DNA of 64,000 bases, taken from assembly GCA_963705305.1 (NCBI GenBank), contig OY970067.1, positions 384,001 through 448,000 of the forward strand, written 5' to 3'. A program made the position numbers and the translations under genes. The notes below the pieces were generated by a model that worked only from the letters and a program-made list of their open reading frames with translations, did no database searches and was not told the origin of the DNA. Every line of letters begins with the position of its first letter. Position 1 is the first letter of the stretch. This document shows, piece after piece, positions 48,587-56,749 of the stretch. The DNA is from an uncultured Methylomirabilota bacterium. Its GTDB lineage: Bacteria > Methylomirabilota > Methylomirabilia > Methylomirabilales > 2-02-FULL-66-22.

Positions 48587-50151
48587 ATAACCTGATTCTC
48601 GCGATCCTGGTCCCGTTCCTCACCGCCATCATCCTGGCGCTCTTGAACGGCCATTCCCGCCTGGAGAAGGCGATGGCTCTCGCCTCCAGCCTCGGGTTAA
48701 CGGTCTGGGCGTTCTGGCTCCTCTTCTACGTGGACGCGCACGGCGTCCAGGCCACGATCATCGGCGGGTGGAAGGCTCCCTGGGGCATCGCGTTCGTCGC
48801 CGACCGCCTGACAACCATCATGCTCTGCCTCTCCACTGGGCTGGGGACGCTGGTGCAGCTCTACTCCTTCTGGACCGTCACCGAAAAGCAACAGCGCTAC
48901 TTCTTCTACCCCCTGATGCAGGCCATGCTCCTCGGCGTCAATTGGTCTTTCATCACCGGCGACGTGTTCAATCTGTTCGTGGCCTACGAAGTGATGCTGA
49001 TGGCCTCCTACGGGGTCATGATGGTAGGCGCCAGTCCGCCCCAGGTCCGCCAGACCCTGAAGTACATCGCCATCAACAGCATCGGCTCGACCCTGTTCGT
49101 GGTCGGCTGCGGGGTGATCTACGCCACCGTGGGTACCCTCAACATGGCCGACCTGGCCGCCCGCACCGCCCAGATGACGGGGCAGCGCGCCGGCATGGTC
49201 ACCGCCGCCTCCATGCTTTTGCTTCTGGTTTTTGCCTTGAAGGCCGCCACGTTCCCGCTGATCTACTGGCTGCCGGATTCGTACCCGGTCGTGCCCACGG
49301 GAGTGAACGGATACTTCGCCGGCATCCTGACCAAGGTGGGGGTCTATTCCCTGCTGCGCGTCTTCGTCCTGTGCTTCCGGCAGGAAGGACATCAGTTCGC
49401 CCTGAACGTCCTCCTGTTCCTGTCGGGGCTGACCATGCTCCTGGGGGTATTGGGGGCGATGTGTCGCTGGGACATCCGCCGCATCCTCTCCTGGCACATC
49501 ATCAGCCAGGTGGGCTACATGGTCATGGGGATCGGCCTGGCGGGGAGCCCGGACCCGCGGGTGGTACAACTGGCGGTGGCCGGCACGATCTTCTACGTGG
49601 TCCACCACATCGTGGTGAAGTCGTGCCTGTTCCTGGTGGGCGGGATCGCCGAGCGGGTGAGCGGCTCGCAGCACCTCAAGCAGATGGGGGGCATCCTGGA
49701 CCTGGCTCCGGGGGTCGCCGGCCTTTTCATCGTGGCCGCCCTGTCCCTGGCCGGCATGCCCCCTTTCTCCGGCTTCCTCAGCAAGGTCCTGCTGGTTCAG
49801 GCGGGCCTGGCCGGCGGGCACTATGTGATCGTCGCGGTCGCGGTCATCACCAGCTTCTTCACCCTGTACTCCATGAGCAAGATCTGGGCCTACGCCTTCT
49901 GGCGCACGCCCAACCGGGGGCAGGCGCGAGGCTACCGGGGCATGATGGCGCCTACGGCTGCGCTGGTCGCCTTCACCATCGCCATGGGCCTGTTCGCCCA
50001 GCCGTTTCTCGGCCTGGCAACGCGCGCCGCCGACACGCTGACCCGGCCCGACGAGTATATCCGGACCGTCCTGGGCGTACAGCAGAACCGCCAGCCGGCC
50101 CTGGCCCGGTTCGACGGCGCGCTGCTGGCACGCCGCGAGGAGGCGCACTGA
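48583..50151 (+). CDS. mrpD: Mrp antiporter subunit D
   Basis: TGDVFNLFVAYEVMLMASY, LKAATFPLIYWLPDSY, TKVGVY, LAGMPPFSGFLSK. Confidence 0.95.
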   Translation: MNNLILAILVPFLTAIILALLNGHSRLEKAMALASSLGLTVWAFWLLFYVDAHGVQATIIGGWKAPWGIAFVADRLTTIMLCLSTGLGTLVQLYSFWTVTEKQQRYFFYPLMQAMLLGVNWSFITGDVFNLFVAYEVMLMASYGVMMVGASPPQVRQTLKYIAINSIGSTLFVVGCGVIYATVGTLNMADLAARTAQMTGQRAGMVTAASMLLLLVFALKAATFPLIYWLPDSYPVVPTGVNGYFAGILTKVGVYSLLRVFVLCFRQEGHQFALNVLLFLSGLTMLLGVLGAMCRWDIRRILSWHIISQVGYMVMGIGLAGSPDPRVVQLAVAGTIFYVVHHIVVKSCLFLVGGIAERVSGSQHLKQMGGILDLAPGVAGLFIVAALSLAGMPPFSGFLSKVLLVQAGLAGGHYVIVAVAVITSFFTLYSMSKIWAYAFWRTPNRGQARGYRGMMAPTAALVAFTIAMGLFAQPFLGLATRAADTLTRPDEYIRTVLGVQQNRQPALARFDGALLARREEAH

Positions 50152-50484
50152 TGCTCCGCCGCCTGATCTTCTTCGCCATCTATTTCCTCCGGTTCTTGAA
50201 AGAGCTGACCCTGGCCAACTACCAGGTGGCCAAGCTGGTCCTCTCGCCGGCCGCCCGGCTCCGGCCGGGATTCGTGGCGGTTCCCCTGACCGCCCGGACG
50301 GACTTCGAAATCACCAGCTTCGCCAACTCCATCACGCTGACCCCCGGCACGATCTCGGTATTCGTTCCGGAGGACCGCCGGGTCATCGTGATGCATGCCA
50401 TCGAACGTCGGGGAGGATCTGGACGTCCTGCGACAGGCCACCAAGGACGCCCTGGAGGCCCCGATTCTGCGCTTTACGCGCTGA
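50151..50484 (+). CDS. mrpE: Mrp antiporter subunit E with apparent +1 frameshift at 50404-50405 (as read it runs in frame into mrpF)
   Basis: LRPGFVAVPL, FANSITLTPGT, VMHAI; deleting one A restores ...HAIDVGEDLDVLRQATKDALEAPILRFTR-TGA(50482-50484). Confidence 0.85.
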
Positions 50485-50495
50485 GGGTGTATGCC

Positions 50496-50771
50496 ATGAG
50501 CCCATTTCTCGCCATCGTCGTGACCCTCTGCCTGACCGCGCTCCTCCTGAGCGGGCTGCTGTGCCTGTACCGGATGCTGATCGGCCCGACGACCGCCGAC
50601 CGGGCCGTGGCCTTCGACAGTCTGGCCATGATCTTCATCGGCATCATCTGCGTGCTCTGCATCCAGTGGAGCTCGGTGCTCTACTTCGACGCCGTCTGGA
50701 TCCTGATGCTGGTCGGCTTCCTGGGGTCGGCCTCCATCGCCAAGTACCTGGAGAAGGGAAGGATCTTCTGA
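50496..50771 (+). CDS. mrpF: Mrp antiporter subunit F
   Basis: YRMLIGPTTADRAVAFD, GFLGSASIAKYL; GAGGGTG upstream. Confidence 0.92.
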   Translation: MSPFLAIVVTLCLTALLLSGLLCLYRMLIGPTTADRAVAFDSLAMIFIGIICVLCIQWSSVLYFDAVWILMLVGFLGSASIAKYLEKGRIF

Positions 50772-51988
50772 TGCCAAGTCCCCACGAGATCCTGACCGCC
50801 GCCCTGCTCCTCACCGGCACGTTCCTGATCGTGCTCACCGGGGTCGGCCTGATCCGCTTCCCCGACGTGTTCTGCCGCATGCACGCCGCAGGGAAGGCCG
50901 GCACGCTCGGCGTGGTCCTCCTCGTGTTGGGGGCGGTGGTCCACTTCGCGGGCAGCGGGCAGGACATCTGGCTCCGGGGGATCCTCGCCGTCTTCTTCCA
51001 ATTCCTCACCGCGCCGGCTGCCACCCATCTCCTGGCACGCGCCGCATACGTCTGCGATTATCCCTTAGCGGCCGCGACCGCCGTGGACGAGCTCGGCGAC
51101 TACCTCGCCCCTCCGAGGGGCGCCGACCTCCTGGCGATCATGGAGAGAGAGGAGTCCAAGATGCTGACGAGAATCCTGGTGGGGCTCGACAACACGCCTA
51201 ATACGGACGCCGCGGTGCGGCAGGCCATTCAGGTCGCGGAGCGACACAAGGCGCAGCTCACCGGGCTCGTCGTCGAGGACGTACGGGCCCTGGAAAGCGT
51301 GGGGCCGATCCCTATTGGGGGAAGCTACTATGCGAAGCAGTTGCGCGAGCACCGCCTCAAGCTGAGCGCCGCCCAGTGCGAGGGTGCCCTCGCACGATTC
51401 GAGGCCGCCTGCCGCGCCGCCGGCGTCCGCTACGAGGCGAAACGGATCGCCGGAGATCCGTTCGAGACGTTCGCCGCGCAGGCCCGCTACCACGACCTGG
51501 TCGTTCTCAGCGTCCAGTTCCAGTTCTACCACGGGGTCATCAAGGAGCCTCGCGATCCGCTGGCGCGGCTGCTGAAGCGGGGGATGCGCCCTCTCATCGC
51601 CGTCGCGCCCGACGCGCAGACGATTCGCCAGGTCGTCATCGCGTACAACGGCTCGGTCGAGTCGACCATGGCGATGAAACAGTTCCTGCAGCTGAGCCCG
51701 TGGCCGGAGGTCAGCGCCCATCTGGTGTGGTGCGGCGAGGAGAGCGAGGGCACCCAGGAGCTGCTGGGCCAGGCCAGCGCCTACTGCCGGAGCCACGGCC
51801 TGGCGGTGGAGGTGGGTCACAAGCCGGCCAGGCGGCGCGAGGAGCTGCTCGATTTCGCGACGCACCGGAAAGCCGACCTGATCGTCATGGGGGCGGCGGC
51901 CCCCAGCTTTGCCGGGACCACGCTGCTCGCCGAGTCGGACGCCGGCGGGACGGAGCGCAGCACGCTGTCGCTGTTTTTGAACCAGTGA
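50771..51988 (+). CDS. mrpG: Mrp subunit G fused in frame to a tandem universal-stress-protein (USP) module
   Basis: GLIRFPDVFCRMHAAGKAGTLG and FLTAPAATHLLARAAY, then with no stop codon MLTRILVGLD...DLVVL...VVIAYNGS...ADLIVMGA. Confidence 0.85.
   Translation: MPSPHEILTAALLLTGTFLIVLTGVGLIRFPDVFCRMHAAGKAGTLGVVLLVLGAVVHFAGSGQDIWLRGILAVFFQFLTAPAATHLLARAAYVCDYPLAAATAVDELGDYLAPPRGADLLAIMEREESKMLTRILVGLDNTPNTDAAVRQAIQVAERHKAQLTGLVVEDVRALESVGPIPIGGSYYAKQLREHRLKLSAAQCEGALARFEAACRAAGVRYEAKRIAGDPFETFAAQARYHDLVVLSVQFQFYHGVIKEPRDPLARLLKRGMRPLIAVAPDAQTIRQVVIAYNGSVESTMAMKQFLQLSPWPEVSAHLVWCGEESEGTQELLGQASAYCRSHGLAVEVGHKPARRREELLDFATHRKADLIVMGAAAPSFAGTTLLAESDAGGTERSTLSLFLNQ
51161..51988 (+). CDS. Universal stress protein (two USP domains), possible independent internal start
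   Basis: GAGAGGAG SD about 6 nt before ATG 51161; RILVGLD and ADLIVMGA USP motifs. Confidence 0.7.
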   Translation: MLTRILVGLDNTPNTDAAVRQAIQVAERHKAQLTGLVVEDVRALESVGPIPIGGSYYAKQLREHRLKLSAAQCEGALARFEAACRAAGVRYEAKRIAGDPFETFAAQARYHDLVVLSVQFQFYHGVIKEPRDPLARLLKRGMRPLIAVAPDAQTIRQVVIAYNGSVESTMAMKQFLQLSPWPEVSAHLVWCGEESEGTQELLGQASAYCRSHGLAVEVGHKPARRREELLDFATHRKADLIVMGAAAPSFAGTTLLAESDAGGTERSTLSLFLNQ

Positions 51989-52037
51989 GGCCCGCCGCGC
52001 CGGAAATCCCTCGTCGCCGCGGAAGGAGGGATGGCAG

Positions 52038-53255
52038 GTGTTTGAGGACAATCTGATAGGACACTACCTGGCGTCTCCGGACGGGACGATTCTCGACTGC
52101 GATCGCCCCTTCCTGTCCATCCTGGGCATCACCTCGCGGCGGGAAGCCCTGGCGATCAACATGGCGGATCTGTGGGCCGAGAGGAAGGCACACGATGCAT
52201 TCGTGGGGCAGCTCCGACTCCGCAGGGCGGTCGAGCAGCACGAATGTTACCGGCGACGCCGGGATGGCGTGGTCATCAGGGTGATCGAGACTGCCGCGGG
52301 AGAGTTTGACCAGCACGGGGATCTGACGCGCATCCGGGGACGCCTCGTCGACGAGACCGAGGGCCGGTTCGCCGAGCGGGCGCGGCGCGAGGCGGAGGAG
52401 TCGTACTGCGTCCTCCTCAAGTCCTTCCCGGAGGCCGCGATCGTGTCCGATGCGCAAGAGCGCATCGCCTTCGCGAACGCGGCGGCGGCCCGCCTCGTCG
52501 GGGCGGAGACTGCTGAGGCGCTGCACGGCTGCTCGCTCTTCCAGTTCCTGCCCGGGTCCGACGCGATGGCTCATGAAGAACGATCGGGGGCGCCCGAGCG
52601 CGGGAAGATCGTGCGGATCGACGGCGAGATGGTGGACATCGAGAGCGTGCACAGGGCCATCCAGTTCCGCGGAGCCATCTGCACGCTTCGCGTGGTTCGG
52701 GACATCACCGCCACGGTGCGCGCCGAGCAGGCGCTGATCGAAAAGGAGCGGGAGATCGCGCTGCATCTTGCGAAGCTGGAGAAGCTGAAGGATGCCCTGA
52801 CCACGCTGCTGGAGCATCGCGACCAAGAGGGCCAGCGACGACTCGCCGGGGTGCGGGCAACCCTCGAACATCTCGTTCTCGCATACCTTGGCCAGCTCAA
52901 GGCCACGCCGCTGGAGTCGGGGCAGCGTGCACTCATCGAGGTGATCGAGGCAAACCTCCGGGACATCACGTCGTCATTCACCCACGAGCTCGATTCGTGG
53001 AGGGCGAAGTTGACTCCCACGGAGCTCCAGATTGCGGACCTCTTGCGGCAGGGGAAACGCACAAAAGAGATTGCAGGGCTGCTCAGGGTGTCCCGGAATG
53101 CCGTCACCTTCCACCGAAACAACATCCGGGCGAAACTCGGGCTCACCCGACGCCCGATCAATCTCGTCTCCTACTTGCGGACAATGGCACATCCGGCCCG
53201 ATCGGTCCCTGGCTTGCTCTCCCGCCGGCCCCGGTCGCGCGTCGCTCAGGCGTAG
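52038..53255 (+). CDS. PAS-PAS-coiled-coil-LuxR-HTH one-component regulator (paralog 2)
   Basis: AAGGAGG RBS; LTPTELQIADLLRQGKRTKEIA...FHRNNIRAKLGL; collinear with 43582-44988. Confidence 0.88.
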   Translation: MFEDNLIGHYLASPDGTILDCDRPFLSILGITSRREALAINMADLWAERKAHDAFVGQLRLRRAVEQHECYRRRRDGVVIRVIETAAGEFDQHGDLTRIRGRLVDETEGRFAERARREAEESYCVLLKSFPEAAIVSDAQERIAFANAAAARLVGAETAEALHGCSLFQFLPGSDAMAHEERSGAPERGKIVRIDGEMVDIESVHRAIQFRGAICTLRVVRDITATVRAEQALIEKEREIALHLAKLEKLKDALTTLLEHRDQEGQRRLAGVRATLEHLVLAYLGQLKATPLESGQRALIEVIEANLRDITSSFTHELDSWRAKLTPTELQIADLLRQGKRTKEIAGLLRVSRNAVTFHRNNIRAKLGLTRRPINLVSYLRTMAHPARSVPGLLSRRPRSRVAQA

Positions 53256-53377
53256 GTGCTGCGGGAGGATACGGCAACACGTCCCTTTGACCGGAGACCT
53301 CCCGACCTCCACGATCCTGGAATGCCCTGCCCCTCTTTTTCGCTTTCTCGCGACCTGCCGGCCTCTTACGGCCCCGT

Positions 53378-53740
53378 TCAGTCGGGCGTCGGTCCAGGCG
53401 GAGGGGAGGGGTCGGCCGGCGGAGGCAGGGGGGTGGAGGCGATCCAGAAGCAGAGCAGGACCACCCCCGTCAGCCCGAGCACGGTGACGGCGAGTCGGCG
53501 GCCGTGCCAGAGGCTGGCCACCCACTCGCGCAAGGCCCCCGCGAGCTCGTTGGCCTTGCCCCCGTAGACTTCAATCTCGCGGAGGTACTGCTTGCGGTCA
53601 GCCGGGTCATACCCCAGGGGGTTCGAGGGAGCGGGGGCGGCGGTGAGGTAGATCCCCAGCGCCGCCCCCAGGCCCACCATTGCAATGGCGAGGGCAATAA
53701 GCCGGCGGCGCGTCTGGCGGGATGGCGCGGTCCGCGTCAT
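53378..53740 (-). CDS. Small two-TM hypothetical membrane protein
   Basis: GGGGGAGG RBS; two hydrophobic helices flanking KQYLREIEVYGGKANEL; Pro-rich tail. Confidence 0.7.
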   Translation of the reverse strand: MTRTAPSRQTRRRLIALAIAMVGLGAALGIYLTAAPAPSNPLGYDPADRKQYLREIEVYGGKANELAGALREWVASLWHGRRLAVTVLGLTGVVLLCFWIASTPLPPPADPSPPPGPTPD

Positions 53741-53806
53741 GTCCTCCCCCCGGAAGCCGGCGACGGCCCGTGTGGCGCGCGTCGCCCGCATCCAAAACCG
53801 GCTGCC

Positions 53807-54442
53807 TCACGCCCTCCTGCGCCACTGCTGCACGGCGTGGTACGTCAGGAACACGAGTGCCAAAGCAATCACTCCGAGCAGGAGGAGTTTCTCCAGCGTA
53901 TCTTCCCCCAGCAAGAATCCTTTCACGTACCTGCGGAGGCCATAGCCGACGGCATAGCCCTCCCCGACCGTCACGGGGACATAGACAAGCGCCCCTAGCA
54001 CGTTGGCGACGATGAAAGCGGACGGCGAGAGGCCCATGCTTCCCGCCAGGGGACCGGCCATGAAGCGCAAGCCGATGACGAACCGGGCGATGAACACCCC
54101 CACCGGGCCGTAGCGGTGCACGAAACGCCGCATCGTCTCGAGGCGCTCGGGAGTCAGATAGAGGCGCCGACCATGCCGGTCGACCGCCGGTTGGCCGTAG
54201 CGGCGGCCAATCCAGTAGCCGAGATTATCACCCGCCACGGCTGCAACGACCCCGACAAGGAGGACGAGTAGGAGGGAAAGGCGGCCCTTCCACACGAGGA
54301 AGCCTGCGATCCAGAGCACGGAGTTCTCCGGAATCGGCAGCCCGAGGTTCCCGAGCACGACGAAGGCGAAGATTGCCACGTAGCCCCAGTGGCTGATCAG
54401 CACCCGGAGGCCGTGCAGGCTGAATCCGAGGAAGAAACTCAC
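53807..54442 (-). CDS. DedA-family membrane protein
   Basis: GLPIPEN, AVAGDNLGYWIGRRYG, VFIARFVIGLR. Confidence 0.9.
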   Translation of the reverse strand: MSFFLGFSLHGLRVLISHWGYVAIFAFVVLGNLGLPIPENSVLWIAGFLVWKGRLSLLLVLLVGVVAAVAGDNLGYWIGRRYGQPAVDRHGRRLYLTPERLETMRRFVHRYGPVGVFIARFVIGLRFMAGPLAGSMGLSPSAFIVANVLGALVYVPVTVGEGYAVGYGLRRYVKGFLLGEDTLEKLLLLGVIALALVFLTYHAVQQWRRRA

Positions 54443-54572
54443 GGGATACGTCGTGCCTCCGCAGCCAGGCCTGAACCCGGCTGCACCTCGCAGTCAAACG
54501 ACCGCAGGCCCGTGGTGGCGTATATCAGGAAACAAAGCGGAAGGCAACATTATCCGTCCAAGGGGGACAGAC

Positions 54573-55865
54573 TTACAGCTTGAACAGGGTGGGGAGGACC
54601 AGCACCAGCCACGGCCAGAAGGCGATGACGATCAGATCCGCGACCAGGATGCTGATGTACGGGATCGAAGGTCGGATCGTGTCCGAGAGCTGGATCTTAG
54701 CGATACTACAGATGATCACCAGGCAGAGCCCGAGGGGGGGCGACACGATGGCGATCTCCACCGCCGCGATCACAAGGATCCCGAAGTGCAGCGAGTGGAT
54801 CTGGAATGCGGTGGCGATGGGGTACAGGATGGGGAAGAAGATCAGGATGGCCGGCAGTCCGTCCAGGATCAGGCCGAACCCCAGGAAGACCGCAATGCTC
54901 AGGAGCAGGAACACCTCCCTGCCGCCACCCACCGCCTGGATCCAGTTGCCGATCAGCCGGGGGACCTGGTAGGTGGCCAGGATCCAGGCGAACGTCGTGG
55001 CCGCCCCCACCAGAAGACAGGTGACCCCCGTCATCACCGCCGAGTCGACCAGAGTCTTGTAGAAATCCCGGAGCGTCATCTCCTTGTAGATGAAGAAGGC
55101 GACGATGAAGGCGTAGATGGTCGCCACCGCCGCGGCCTCGGTCGCGGTGAAGATGCCGCCGAAGATGCCCCCGAAGATGATCACCGGCATGAGGAGGGGA
55201 ATGACCCCGTTGGCGAGGGACGCCAACACCTCTTTGAGGTGTGGCCGCGCCGACTCCGCCCCCGGCAGGATTCCGCGGACCGACTGGATGTAGATCACCA
55301 CCATCAGGCTCAGGGCCATGAGGAATCCGGGCAGGAAGCCGCCCATGAACAGGCCGGCGATGGAGATGTTCGCGATAGCCCCCAGGATCACCATGTTCAG
55401 GCAGGGCGGGATCATCTTTCCCATCCCGACGGAGGCCGCCACGATGGCCGAGGCCCGCTCGGGAGGGTACCCCGCCCGGACCATGGAGGGCAGGAGCAGG
55501 CTGCCGAGGGCCGAGGCTTCCGCGATCGTGGAGCCCGTGATCCCCGACAGGAACATGGTCGCCACCACCACCACGAACCCGAGCCCCCCCTTGATGTGCC
55601 CCACCAGGTTGCGGGCGAGGCGCACCAGCCGCTGGGAGATCCCCCCGTGCTCCATGATGCCGCCGGCCAGGATAAAGAGGGGGATGGCGAGGAAGGGGAA
55701 GCTGTCGATGCCGGAGTAGAACTTCATGGTGACGGTGGAGAGGGGGATGGTCCCCTGCCAGGCGAGGGTCAGGATGCAGGCGAGGGCCATGGCGAAGGCC
55801 ACCGGCACGTCGATGGCGAGCAGGAGGATGAACCCGCCGAGGAGGAGGAGGATGCCCGTGGTCAT
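54573..55865 (-). CDS. dctM: TRAP transporter large permease
   Basis: DSFPFLAIPLFILAG, SGITGSTIAE, MIPPC, GIFTATEAAA, SPPLGLCL. Confidence 0.93.
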   Translation of the reverse strand: MTTGILLLLGGFILLLAIDVPVAFAMALACILTLAWQGTIPLSTVTMKFYSGIDSFPFLAIPLFILAGGIMEHGGISQRLVRLARNLVGHIKGGLGFVVVVATMFLSGITGSTIAEASALGSLLLPSMVRAGYPPERASAIVAASVGMGKMIPPCLNMVILGAIANISIAGLFMGGFLPGFLMALSLMVVIYIQSVRGILPGAESARPHLKEVLASLANGVIPLLMPVIIFGGIFGGIFTATEAAAVATIYAFIVAFFIYKEMTLRDFYKTLVDSAVMTGVTCLLVGAATTFAWILATYQVPRLIGNWIQAVGGGREVFLLLSIAVFLGFGLILDGLPAILIFFPILYPIATAFQIHSLHFGILVIAAVEIAIVSPPLGLCLVIICSIAKIQLSDTIRPSIPYISILVADLIVIAFWPWLVLVLPTLFKL

Positions 55866-56338
55866 CGCGCCGCCCCCCCCTCGGAGGTGCCTCTCCACCG
55901 CTGCACTGCCAGCTCGATCAGGTACAGGAGGATGAGGCCGCCGCTCACCGGGATGGGGAGGTACGCCCAGGTGTACGAGAGGTTCATGGTGCCGTACATG
56001 CGGGTCATGTTGAAGCGGAGGAGGGTGAGCCCCTGGCTCACCATGATGAGGGCGACGACGCCGATGATGAGGGGGACCACCTGTGCCAGGGCCCGGCGCG
56101 CCCGCGTCGGGAGCTGCCGCACCACCAGCTCGATCCCGAAGTGGCGCATCCGCTTCACGCCGAGGGCCGCCCCCAGGAAGACCATCCACTGGAACAGGAG
56201 CATGGCGAGGTCCTCCGACCACGCCAGGGGGGCCTGCAGGACGAAGCGGTTGAAGACCTGGATGAAGACGGTCACGGCCAGCGCCACGCTCACGAGGGCG
56301 CACGCCGCCTCCACGAGGTGATCCAGGATCCGGAGCAT
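55862..56338 (-). CDS. dctQ: TRAP transporter small permease
   Basis: QVFNRFVL, WSEDLA, WMVFLGAA, HFGIE; overlaps the dctM start. Confidence 0.9.
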   Translation of the reverse strand: MLRILDHLVEAACALVSVALAVTVFIQVFNRFVLQAPLAWSEDLAMLLFQWMVFLGAALGVKRMRHFGIELVVRQLPTRARRALAQVVPLIIGVVALIMVSQGLTLLRFNMTRMYGTMNLSYTWAYLPIPVSGGLILLYLIELAVQRWRGTSEGGAAR

Positions 56339-56749
56339 GCGAGCCGGTCCTCCCCTCTTTGAAGCGCTGTTCGTCAACCGGACAATATACTTCCTTAAGA
56401 CGTTTTGTCGAGACCGGGATGGCTATAGTACGCAACCACGCCATTCCATGCCATTACGAACCGGATATCCGTCGTGCGACCAAGCCATTGCCTCGGATAC
56501 GCCCGATCGACGAGGCGGGTGGACACGGGACTGGGGCCTTGCCGGAGGTCTGAGCCACTGTTTTCCCCGGCTTTTTCGGGCTTTGACGTTTCCCGAAGGC
56601 CCCTTGACACGCGATCGGGGCTTGCGGTATCTATGATTCCGCCCGGCCGGTGAACGCCCCGCTCGGCGGGAAGAGCATCTGTCCGGTACACGAGGGCGGG
56701 CCTGTGACCTATGTCCGATCCATCTGCATGATGCAGGAAAGGGCGAGCC

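Noticed and set aside
45343..51160. Membrane-bound hydrogenase (Mbh/Hyf) or complex I module
   Set aside because: No hydrogenase or Nuo catalytic/Fe-S subunits nearby; gene order matches a stand-alone mrpABCDEFG.
43582..53255. Composite transposon or invertible element suggested by inverted paralogous genes flanking mrp
   Set aside because: The flanking genes are regulators diverged at the nucleotide level; there is no transposase, recombinase, terminal inverted repeat or target duplication.
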